Shown here piece by piece: positions 52,544 to 64,000 of a stretch of 64,000 nucleotides of DNA. Made by a program: the position numbers and the translations under genes. Location: the NCBI RefSeq assembly GCF_006345805.1, contig NC_043002.1, positions 103,044,001 through 103,108,000 on the forward strand, read 5' to 3'. The notes beneath the pieces were generated by a model. That model was not told the origin of the DNA. It saw nothing but the letters and a program-made list of their open reading frames with translations, and did not search any database. How positions within the stretch are numbered: position 1 is the stretch's first letter; each line of letters starts with the position of its first letter. Origin of the DNA: Octopus sinensis. Taxonomy: Eukaryota.

Positions 52544-53014
52544 AAAGAGATTTCCACTGACCAGGGTGAAACACAAATAGAAAAAGAATACATACACATA
52601 CTTTTATCCGATGGGCTTTCAAAGAGTTGTCGTCGACCAAATTTATTCACAAGGAATCGGTAGGGTCGGGCCTATAGGGGAAAATACTTGCCCAAGTTGC
52701 TGTGTAACCATGTGATTATAAACGAATTTTTTAACTACACACTCATGATTCCGTCAGTAGAGCTATGAATATGGGTAACTGTAACATATTCACATATTTT
52801 AATCGAAGTAAATCACAGTTGTGCTCTATTAGATTGTGTTACGCATAAGTAAAAAAATATAAATATAAATAAATAAATGAAAACAAAGTTTAATCAGCGT
52901 TAATATATTTTCATTCTTCCTACATATTCTTGTTGTAAATCACCCACACAAACTCTTGTCTATCTTTGTAATGCCCTGAATAATCTATGTCCCTGTGTCT
53001 AGTAACTGAAATAC

Positions 53015-53219
53015 TCCTCCTCCTCCTCCTCCTCATCATCATCCTCATCACCATCATCATCGCCAACATCATCAACATCACCATCATCATCATCATTATT
53101 ATTATTGTTATTATTATTATTATTATTATTAATATTAATATTATTATTATCTTAATCATTATTCTTAGTATCATCATCATCATCACCATCACCATCACCA
53201 CCACCATCATCATCATCAT

Positions 53220-53263
<44 letters not shown>

Positions 53264-53280
53264 TATTATTATTATTATTA

Positions 53281-53311
<31 letters not shown>

Positions 53312-53320
53312 GTTATTATT
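53015..53320. repeat. (CCT/CAT/ATT)n microsatellite mosaic
   Basis: Direct inspection. Confidence 0.95.
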
Positions 53321-54151
53321 GATAGTGTTATCTTTTACTTTATTACAGCAGGGGGGGGGGCACACCGGATGAGTGACATAGCCGACAATAAGTATTTCTT
53401 TTTTCATTCTTTTTTCATTCTTTTTTTTCTTCTTATTAGGACCATTGTTATTATGCTGAATGAAACAACAGAATATCAGTAAAAATGAGATTGTTGAAGC
53501 CAATAATGCGTAGAGTGGTTGGCAGGAACATAGGCAGGTAGGTAGGAAGGTAAATAATGGGAGCACTGTATATATATAGGTATGTCATTGCTTTCATTCT
53601 TCTAATATATTCACAATGGCGACGAGCTGTTATTACGCACTGACCTCTAGCGAGCCATTGATTCTAGTAGGTTCTATTTTAGCTCGTTAAAGAAACCTGA
53701 TAAACTATTCGTGCCTTAACTACGAAAGTAGACGCGAATTAAATGTAACCAGTTATATTATCAACATAGGTGAAAAGTTAGAATATTCTAGCAAAATCGA
53801 TATTCTATTATGTTCGGACCGCTCATTGCACGCTTTTCCACCATGTTAGATACCATGGAAACAGTGTCTGTTTTCTCATATTAAATTAACTCTTTAAGCC
53901 GAACTTGGATACTGTTAGGTAAATATGGTTATGTCTATTGAATATATAATGACATATTGAATTTACATAAACGCCCGGACATACCTTCATTCTTCGAAAC
54001 TCTACACACATATATATACAAAGACAAACACATGCGAAAGCATTACAACATATACGCGTGCGTGCGCGCCTATGTGTGCGTCCAACACAGAAACACACAT
54101 GCAGAAACACACACACACACCACACATATATATACATATATATATACACAC

Positions 54152-54186
<35 letters not shown>

Positions 54187-54389
54187 ACAAATTCATAAAT
54201 AAACCATATGCATATATACATACATATATGTACGTACCTACATCTACATGTATGTATACATGCATATATGGGTACAGGACACCATGTAGTTGTAGGTACG
54301 TACATATATGTATTTATATATGCATATGTTTTATTTATTAATTTGTTATTATATGACAGAACGCACGCATCTATTTCTAAGTAAGTTTG

Positions 54390-54426
<37 letters not shown>

Positions 54427-54839
54427 ATTACAACACACAAACATATCCACAAAGCTATATGCATATGCCGATGTATAGACGCATTTCTTTATATACAACA
54501 CACACAAACGCACGCACACATACACACGCCCACACGCACGCTCGAAATGGCATACTTGCACACGTACACATCATCCGTGTGCGCGCGAAAAAGAAATTGA
54601 TTGTCCTCCGCACGAAACAAATTCCAGCGACACAAAGAATAAAATGAAATTAAATGTGTACGCTAAATCCCCTCACACACTCGCTTGCTTGCACGCCCAC
54701 CTCTACACACACGCAGACACAAATGCACGCAGGTGTGTATTTTAATATTGAAGTACACGTGTATCTATGAATAAAATTGATGGACTCTCTCGATACGTGT
54801 GTATGAATATTTACAATCGGTTATATAATATATTATATC

Positions 54840-54870
<31 letters not shown>

Positions 54871-55185
54871 CCATATATCCATATATATATATACATATAT
54901 ATTATATACACACACATACACACATATATGTATATACATATATATACAAGCACACACACACATATATATACGTACATATATATACATACACAACATATTT
55001 TTATATCCATCAAAATATATATATATATATAATATATATATATATATCCATATATACACATATACATATATACATATATGTTTATACACACCACACACAC
55101 ATATATATATATATGTACATATATATACATACACACAGACATTTATATATATATATATTATATATATATCCTCAATATATTATAA

Positions 55186-55216
<31 letters not shown>

Positions 55217-55761
55217 GCAGGCACACTGAAACACATACATACATGTAAGATACACACTTACACAAATATAAAGAGAGATAAAACCAGAGATAGTGAAATA
55301 GCGTTAGAGAATATATTTTTTTTCCTGTCGTATTATATCTAATATTATGACCACACGATGTACCTATTTTTGTCTCAGTCTATGAACTTTTAACCTCGTA
55401 GCAAATTCCGTAGGTGAAAAATATTTTCGTTTCGTGATCGCTGCAAAAATGTTTGGCTCTGCTGCCAATTTTGATGAAGCTTTCAATTTTTCAATATAGT
55501 TACATCTCACTGTAGTTTAATGAGTGTATCGATATCATTTATTACAGTGTATAATAATTTCAACGTTATTTATAAAATAAAATAACAAAAAATGGCCCGA
55601 TATATTGAGTTTGGTTACTACTTGAATAAAAAATACTATTTTGGGAAGTATTAATATTATTGTGTTATGTAGTCAGGTTTGGAGAGAAATGGATGCAGTG
55701 AGGCTGAGAGAGAATTGAATTCCCATTATATATATATATATACCTATATATATATTATATA

Positions 55762-55810
<49 letters not shown>

Positions 55811-55814
<4 letters not shown>

Positions 55815-56180
55815 CGCAGCAGTGGCTGTGTGGTAAGTAGCTTGTTTACCAACCACATGGTTCCGGGTTCAGTCACACTGCGTGGCACCTTGGACAAGTG
55901 TCTTCTACTATAGCCTCGGGCCGACCACAGCCTTGTGAGTGGATTTGGTAGATGGAAACTGAAAGAAGCCTGTCGTATATATGTATATATATATATGTGT
56001 ATGTGTATGTGTGTGTGTCTGTGTTTGGGCCCCTAGCATTTGCTGGACAACCGATGCTGGTGTGTTTATGTCCTCGTCACTTAGCAGTTCGGTAAAAGAA
56101 TAAGTCCCGGGGTCTGTTACTCGATTAAAGGCTGTGCTCCAGCATGGCCGCAGTCAAATGACTGAAACAAGTAAACGAGT
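55811..56180 (+). mobile_element. Family 1 SINE in (TA)n
   Basis: Full head, core and tail. Confidence 0.92.
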
Positions 56181-56210
56181 ATTATATATATATATTTATA
56201 TATATATATA

Positions 56211-56383
56211 TAGGTGCAGGAGTGGCTGTGTGGTAAGTAGCTTGTTTACCAACCACATGATTGCGGGTTCAGTCCCACTACGTGGCACCTTAGGCAAGTG
56301 TCTTCTACTATAGCCTCGGGCCGACCAAAGCCTTGTGAGTGGATTTGGTAGATGGAAACTGAATGAAGCCCGTCGTATTTATG

Positions 56384-56414
<31 letters not shown>

Positions 56415-56610
56415 GTATGTGTATGTGTGTGTGTCTGTGTTTGTCACCCTAGTATTTATGTCCCCGTCACTTAGCGGTTCGGCAAAAGAGACCGATAGAA
56501 TAAGTACTGGGCTTACAAAGAATAAGTCCCTGGGTCGAGTTGCTCGATTAAAGGCGGTGCTCCAGCGTGGCCGCAGTCAAATGATTGAAACAAGTAAAAG
56601 AGTAAAAGAG
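56211..56610 (+). mobile_element. Family 1 SINE in (TA)n, adjacent second copy
   Basis: Full head, core and tail. Confidence 0.92.
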
Positions 56611-56854
56611 TATATATATATATATATATGCATATATACATACATATATGTACATACCTACATATATATGTATACATACATATATGGTTACAGGACACCC
56701 AAAACATGTTGAACACAATGAGAAACGAAAACATAAGAACAAAAACATGGAAACAAACTTTCTTTTAAACAACGAAAAAAAACAGTGTACAAGATATGCA
56801 ACACAGGAATATTCCCCTTCTTATTTGTCCCTGTTTCGTCTACTCCAGGTTTCG

Positions 56855-56901
<47 letters not shown>

Positions 56902-56913
56902 ATATATATATCT

Positions 56914-56983
<70 letters not shown>

Positions 56984-57156
56984 ATAAATATTAGGGAATA
57001 AATCCAAATTGACAGGGAAAAAATCAGATTAGGATTTAAATCGATTTATAGTAAAATATTATAAAATATTATTCGAGACAAAACCACTATTTTGCAAAAC
57101 AAACAAGGAAAGACTTAATCAATACATAAAATTTTAATAAATAGTCAAAAAAACCG

Positions 57157-57199
57157 CCACTACAATCGTTTCTTGTCTTGATCGACAATCTTCAGGTGG
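57157..57199 (-). ncRNA. Minimal type I hammerhead ribozyme motif
   Basis: Minus strand CCAC-CTGAAGA-TTGTC GATCAA GACAA-GAAAC-GATT-GTA-GTGG; same family as 39421-39462. Confidence 0.78.
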
Positions 57200-57639
57200 A
57201 CTTCCAATCTAAAAAATCAATATTTTAAAATATAAAAGTAATAATTTTAAAATAATTAAAGTATGAATGAAAAAATATAAGTATATAATCCATATATAAC
57301 CTATCTATAATCCATATATAAACAATATAAAACAATATATAAACTAAAAAAACCTATCAACAATTAAATATAAAATATAAAATATAAAATATAAAACAAA
57401 AACAAAAAAATAATAATAATATAATAATAAACTATATATACACCCTACGCAAATACCTAATTATATATAACATATCTAACTACATACACTAAATCACACA
57501 CCTATATATATATCCCTATACATACACATAAAAATGTCTAGGCAACTATAAATAAATAAAATAGCTAAATACTTCAACACAATACTTATTCATACTCCCA
57601 CACACACACACATACAACCCACATTCACGCTCTAGAAAA

Positions 57640-60600
57640 CGGACATCACTCAAACAAACTATGAAAGAGAAATGGAATAAATGGAATTAAAAATTATATT
57701 CACTTGGTAAAACGAACACTACTTAAAATTATGAATGAAACAATGCAATAAAACAACAGACATCGCAAATAGACAACATTACTACAAATTCCTTATCAAA
57801 CCTACCATGATAACCAAAACTCATAAAAAGATATAATGATAAAATCTCCCTTTACTAAACTCTAACAACCTATATAGCAATCCCCCTAACCTAAACATTC
57901 ACACACAAATACACACACGTAAACCACACACCCACGACATATACAATACCCACACCACTTACACATCACAATACATACATATAAACCTCAACATAACTCC
58001 AAAAACCCACTCAACCCCACACAGACATAAAACACAAAAATTATGAATGGATTCTTTTATAAAACTACCATGATAAGCTAAAACTCACAAAACAGAAATG
58101 ATAAAACCCCTTTCCTAAACACTAAAACATACTTATATAGCAATTCCTTTAACCTATACATTCACACACAAAACCACTCGTAAACCACACACCATAACAA
58201 ATACAAACTCCCACCCCACTCACACACACCCAGAAATACATATAAGCCTCAACATATACACCAAACAAAATTACTTTACCAAGGAACTTAACATATATAT
58301 AAAAGTAAACCGCTGGAAACGAACATCTCTAAATTAATGAATGGAGAAATGGAATAAATGGAATTAAAAATAAAATTCACGTGGCAAAACGAACACCACT
58401 CAAAAATTATGAATGAAACAATATAATAAAAACAACCAACATCGAAAATAGACAAATTACTACGAATTCCCTAAAAAAAACCATGATAAACCAAAACTCT
58501 TAAAAAACATATAACGATAAAATCTCCCTTTGCTAAACTCAATAACAAACCTATATAGTAATCCCCTAACCTAAACATTCACACACAAACACACACGTAA
58601 ACCACAGACCCACGACTTATACACATATCTAAACTAACTTATAAACCTCCATATACACCAAAACCCCCACTCCCTCCCACACAGACAAATTAACTCATAC
58701 ATCCCAAAACCTAAATAACAAACCCATATACACATTCACTCACAAACACACACACCACCACAAAACACACACACACAACAGATACATATACTCCCTCACA
58801 TATACGCATATACATACTCACTAAACAATATATACAACAATATTTACACACCCACACTCATACAGATAAAAAAATTATACAACTAAAAACTCGCACACAA
58901 TCTCATATACATAAACACTCCTATGAAAACAACATTAAATACATCGTAATAACCAGAATATCAAAAATAACAATATGACATAAAGGTAAATAAAATACAT
59001 ACTTACAATTCAGTGTCAAATTATGAAGTGAAATTAAATTCTTAGCCGTTAAAAAATCAAACCAAAATTACGTTACCATAGAAATAACTTATGTAAAAAA
59101 AGACTAACAAACAACTTCCAGTAATCCAAACCCATTCTCTATGCCTACCTCACTACTACACTATTCCATTCACAATTCCAAACAACGCTAGTCCACCTCC
59201 CGGTTATTCACGTGGCAAAACGAACACCACTCAAAAATTATGAATGAAACAATGTAATAAAACAACCAACATCGAAAATAGACAAATTACCACGATTCCC
59301 TAAAAAAACCATGATAAACCAAAACTCCTAAAACATATAACGATAAATCTCCTTTACTAAACTCTATAACAAACCTAATAGCAATCTCCCTAACCTAAAC
59401 ATTCACACACAAATACACACTCGTAAACCACAGACCCACGACTTATACACATACCTATACTAATTTATAAACCTCAATATACACCAAAACCCCACTCCCT
59501 CCCACACAGACAAATTAACACATACATCCCAAAACCTAAATAACAAACCAATATACAATTCACACACAAACACACACACACGCAAAAACACACACACACA
59601 ACAGATACATATACTCCCTCACATATACGCATATACATACTCACTAAACTCGATATATACAACAAATTTACACACCCACACTCATACAGATAAATAAATT
59701 AAACAACTAAAAACTCGCACACAATCTCATATACATAAACACACCTATGAAAACAACATTAAATACATCGTAATTAACCAAAATATCAAAAATAACAATA
59801 TGAATAAGGATAAATAAAATACATACTTACAATTCAGTGTCAAATTATGAAGTGAAATTTAATTCTTAGCGTTTTAAAAAAATCAAAACAAAATTACGTT
59901 ACCATAGAATAAACTTATGTAAAAAAAGAATACGCACCATGGAAAGTAAACGTCATTTAAATTATGAATGGAGAAATAGGAAAATGGAACTAAAACTATA
60001 TCCACGTGGCAAACCAACATACTTAAAAAAATTTATTATGAATGGATTCTTTAAAAACTACCATGAAAAATCATTATATACATCTATGAACTTTAGCTCA
60101 CCTTAGCATCTCTAACAAACAACTTGCAGTAACCCAAACCCATTCTCTATGCCTACCTCACTACTACACTATTCCATTCACAATTCCAAGCAACGCTAGT
60201 CCACCACCCGGTTATTCACGTGGCAAAACGAACACCACTCAAAATATGAATGAAACAAAGTAAATAACAAACAACCAACATCGAAAATAGACAAATTACA
60301 CGAATTCCCTAAATAACCATGATAAACCAAAACTCATAAAAGCATATAACGATAAAATCTCCCTTTACTAAACTCTATAACAAACCTATATAGTAATCCC
60401 CCTAAACCTAAACATTCACACACAGATACACACTCGTAAACCACAGACCCACAACTTATACACATACCTATCCTAATTTATAAACCTCAATATACACCAA
60501 AACCCCACTCCCTCCCCCCACAGACAAATTAACACAAACATCAAAACCTAAATAACAAACCATATACACATTCACACACAAACACACACACACAAAAAAC

Positions 60601-61260
60601 ACACACACAACAGATACATATACTCCCTCACATACTCATATATTACTCACTAAACTCGATATACAACAATATTTACACACCCACACTCATACAGATAAAT
60701 AAATATACAACTAAAAACTCGCACACAATCTCATATACATAAACACTCCTATGAAAACAACATTAAATACAACGTAATTAACCAGAATATCAAAATAACA
60801 ATATGACATAAGGATAAATAAAATACATACTACAAGTCAATTTCAAATAATGAAGTGAAATTAAATTCTTAGCCGTTAAAAAAACCAAACCAAAATTACG
60901 TTACCATAGAAATAACTTATGTAAAAAAAGAGAGAATACGCGCCATAGAAATTAAACGTCATTTAAATTATGAATGGAGAAATAGAATAAATGGAACTAA
61001 AACTATATCCTCGTAGCAAACCAACACTACGTAAAAAAATTTATAATGAATGGATTCTTTAAAAAACTATCATGAAAAACCATTATATACATTTATGAGC
61101 TTTAGCTCACCCTAGCATCTCTAACAAACAACCTACAGCAACCCAAACCTATCCCGATGCCTACCTCATACCACATAATCAATTCCCAATTCCAAGCAAC
61201 GCTAGTCCACCACCCGGTTTACAATTCCCAATTCCACCCATTAATTCACAATTTCAACGA
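57640..61260. repeat. A/C-rich (G-poor) tandem array, unit ~1.0 kb
   Basis: GCTAGTCCACC recurs at ~59188, ~60195 and ~61201 (period ~1006). TTCACGTGGCAAAACGAACACCACTC recurs at ~58377, ~59207 and ~60215. Degenerate partial units extend left to ~57640. Confidence 0.9.
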
Positions 61261-61339
61261 CATTCACCTCCACAACACTACATATAAGCCTCAACATATA
61301 CACCGGAGATACACTTACACATCCGTGCGGATGGGTGAG

Positions 61340-61620
61340 AGTATACATTGAGTGTAGTGATGGGGCTCCCATTACTATACACATTTGTACCTGTATGGTA
61401 GTCTCCATGTGTATATTACGCACGGGTATAAATGCAGGGGGTACACGCGCACGTCATTTGCGTGGACCCCTCACATGTACATATGCATGCTATTTGGGCT
61501 CGATATGCAACAATGTAATCGCGCCCGCATACATGCATATGGGCGAATTGCACAATCAAAAAACGCACCCGTGTGTGTGTGCGTTCCCTGGTTGTGCAAT
61601 TCACCCATCTGGGTGTGAGT
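61340..61620. other. Cluster of GC-richer hairpins at a strand-skew switch
   Basis: TGTAGTGATGGG/CCCATTACTATA; GGGGTACACGC/GCGTGGACCCC; ATGGGCGAATTGCACAATC/GGTTGTGCAATTCACCCAT enclosing AACGCAC/GTGCGTT. Confidence 0.7.
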
Positions 61621-63074
61621 GGGTGTAATCTTATCACTGTGGATGTCGAGCTTAATACGTATTATATAAGTGTGTATTAGGGGGTTGTACTTATTAATTG
61701 TGTGCATGTGCTTCACGCACTTGCGTCCATATATGGATGAATATATTGGGATTACATAGTGGGTGTAAATTGGGTATGGAGGGGGGAATTTTGTCATTGT
61801 ATGGTGTGGGTTTCATTTGTGATAGTGGTTAGTTGGGATTTTTAGTATGTTCTGTATATTTGGGTTAGTTTGGTATCTGTGCGTGGGAATATATGCATAC
61901 ATACACTTCCACATACATATATTCATGCATACAAACATGTATTGCGTACTCATGAGTCATGAAGGTAGACTGTACAATGAAGACACTGTGGACTGATGTC
62001 TGCCTTCAAATACCTATAACCAGAATCCTCACTTATATAAACTTCTGGTTTAAGCGTAGAATATTTTTCATTATCTTAGACGGTCACCATCCGATATGTG
62101 TAGACATAAGAAAGAAAATGCATACATATGTCAGGAATTAATATGAAATAAAATAGAAAAATTTAACACCGCACGCTGATAACTCGATATCATATCATTT
62201 TATCAAAGAAATTAATCTATCCTTATATTTGTATTTAAATTATTATCGTGATGTTTTTCACATGTAATTAAATCAGTTTTACCACGCAATCAATTATTGC
62301 TTGAGAGACATGAACAATTTCAAATTATATAGATAATAAATTAATTAGAAAAAATACTGATAGACATCATGTTTTTGAAAAGCCTCTGTGCGCTCAGTGT
62401 TACTATATTTACTGCTGCGCGTAGTGCGTAGCTACAAATTAATTTTTTAAATTAATTCGTAGAGGTAAATACAATGTTAGTCGAGAGCAAACAATATTTT
62501 AATTTCTTCCTATAAAGGATGGCAACAACGGACATATAACTTTGATATGATACCTTTTAGACTTCACATTAAATGGATTCGAAATTAGCTTGTCATCAGA
62601 ATTTCCGACAATGAATCGGAATTACAGTTGATCAATCAGTCTAAGTATCTCACTACTCATTGAATTCCAACCTAAATGGCTGAACCCTTGTTGTAAACTT
62701 CGGGAAGAATTAATGGAACACAGATTCAAACTGCTACGAGATAATACTATCACGTATATGATTTATTCTTAATGAGTTTACGTGCTCAGTGAATTTCATT
62801 TTAATGTACATGTCAACTCCAGTTTGTTGTAGAACAAAATCTTCCAAGAGACCAGGCAATGACCTTGGACATAGGATTTCTTGTTTCCAGACCTATTTCT
62901 TTTACCGTTGACGTATAATGTTAGTGGAGCTGGGTAAAGTTAGCCTAGCTGAAGTGGAGAGGAATAATTCTCAGAACATTTGCAATATGTTCAGTATTGA
63001 TATTCACTAAACATGAGTCGATTAATGTATGACCTTGACCTGACGTATACATATATTTATATATATATTATATC

Positions 63075-63245
63075 ACACACATTTTTTTCTCTCTTTGTTT
63101 CTTCTGTGTCCCTTTCTGTAGAAGAGTGTAGGCTCGAAACGTAAAATACTTTTTCTATTCTTGAGCGTTATACTAATACATCTGTTTGTTTTGTACACCA
63201 CCTGTCTTCGTCTTCTGTTTGCTTTTTTTCGTAAACTCTCCCTAT
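63075..63245 (+). mobile_element. Penelope pLTR-like element with HHR-like motif (CTGTAGA variant)
   Basis: CCTTT-CTGTAGA (63116-63122)-AGAGTGTAGGCTC-GAAAC-GTA-AAA; flanked by (TA)n. Confidence 0.6.
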
Positions 63246-63334
63246 ATATATATATATATATATATATACGTATATGTTTGGGTATGTGTGATTTGTACTC
63301 TATTTGTACTCTTGCCGTTTCTGGTAGGTTTACG

Positions 63335-63390
63335 TTTTTAGAATTTATACAAAGAAAGGCTGCTAGAATGAGAACAGGACTAATGCATCA
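63335..63390 (+). mobile_element. Possible small CR1/L2-type RT C-terminal remnant
   Basis: LEFIQRKAARMRTGL resembles LExVQRRATRMxxGL. Confidence 0.35.
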
Positions 63391-64000
63391 AACGCGGCAC
63401 CACCACTCCAAGGAGGCTCTCCAATGGCTGTGACCAGCAAATGATGAAAGGAATATACTTATACATTTACCGCGCAAACACACACTCACACACACATTGT
63501 ATGTGTACGTATGCGTATATAAATATAGGTACGCGTGTGTGTATATGTGTGTAAGCTTGTATATGTGTGAGTGTTTGGATGTGTGTGTGAGTGTGTACGC
63601 ACTGTGGTATAAATTCATCAGCCAAATTTATAATGCAACATGACAAGGTGTACAAAACTGTTTCCCAGAATAAAATGACGTACAGTTTTATATTTATTTT
63701 AGGCTGGATAGTGTCTAATTGATGCAAATCCCGTCCAAAACGATTGTCCGTTATGACTAATATTATCTCTTTGTTTGACGTTCCTAAACATTGCAAGTTC
63801 AGTACAAATTATTTTATATTTAAATAGTTTTATAGAGAACAATGTGTAGGCTAGTTTAAAGGACCTAGCAGCCTACTCTTTCTTTCGCTATGTTTATAAT
63901 GGAAATGCTGACAATAAATATTATTTTAAGGTAGAGCAGAACAAATATCACAACGGAATTTTTAAGCGAAAGCACCGATTTATAGCTTTTACTTTTTTAT

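Noticed and set aside
57640-61260. NUMT or mitochondrial control-region copy
   Set aside because: The skew is mtDNA-like, but I could not recognise any mitochondrial gene, rRNA or tRNA. Not formally excluded without BLAST to the mitogenome.

Overview
AT-rich, repeat-dominated animal genomic DNA with one 100-N gap. The SINE repertoire and dense (TA)n/(CA)n/trinucleotide microsatellites suggest a cephalopod (Octopus-like); this is inference, not a database result. No complete host gene is recognisable, and almost all ORF-track entries are microsatellite or antisense artefacts. The one convincing intact CDS (18444-19790, 448 aa) is a gag-like non-LTR ORF1 with a CX2CX4HX4C knuckle. It lies in a 1.7-kb element that has no ORF2, is flanked by a 17/18-bp target-site duplication (TSD), splits a tRNA-derived SINE between its A and B boxes, and ends in the same 3' tail as a second SINE family. 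The window also holds three tRNA-derived SINE families; decayed R4/Dong-like, RTE, CR1-like, Penelope and Helitron fragments; several (TA)n-embedded elements with minimal hammerhead-ribozyme (HHR) motifs or asymmetric long inverted repeats; and a strongly strand-skewed ~1-kb tandem array next to an HHR and a hairpin cluster. Folding and alignments were done by eye, so boundaries are approximate unless a TSD defines them.
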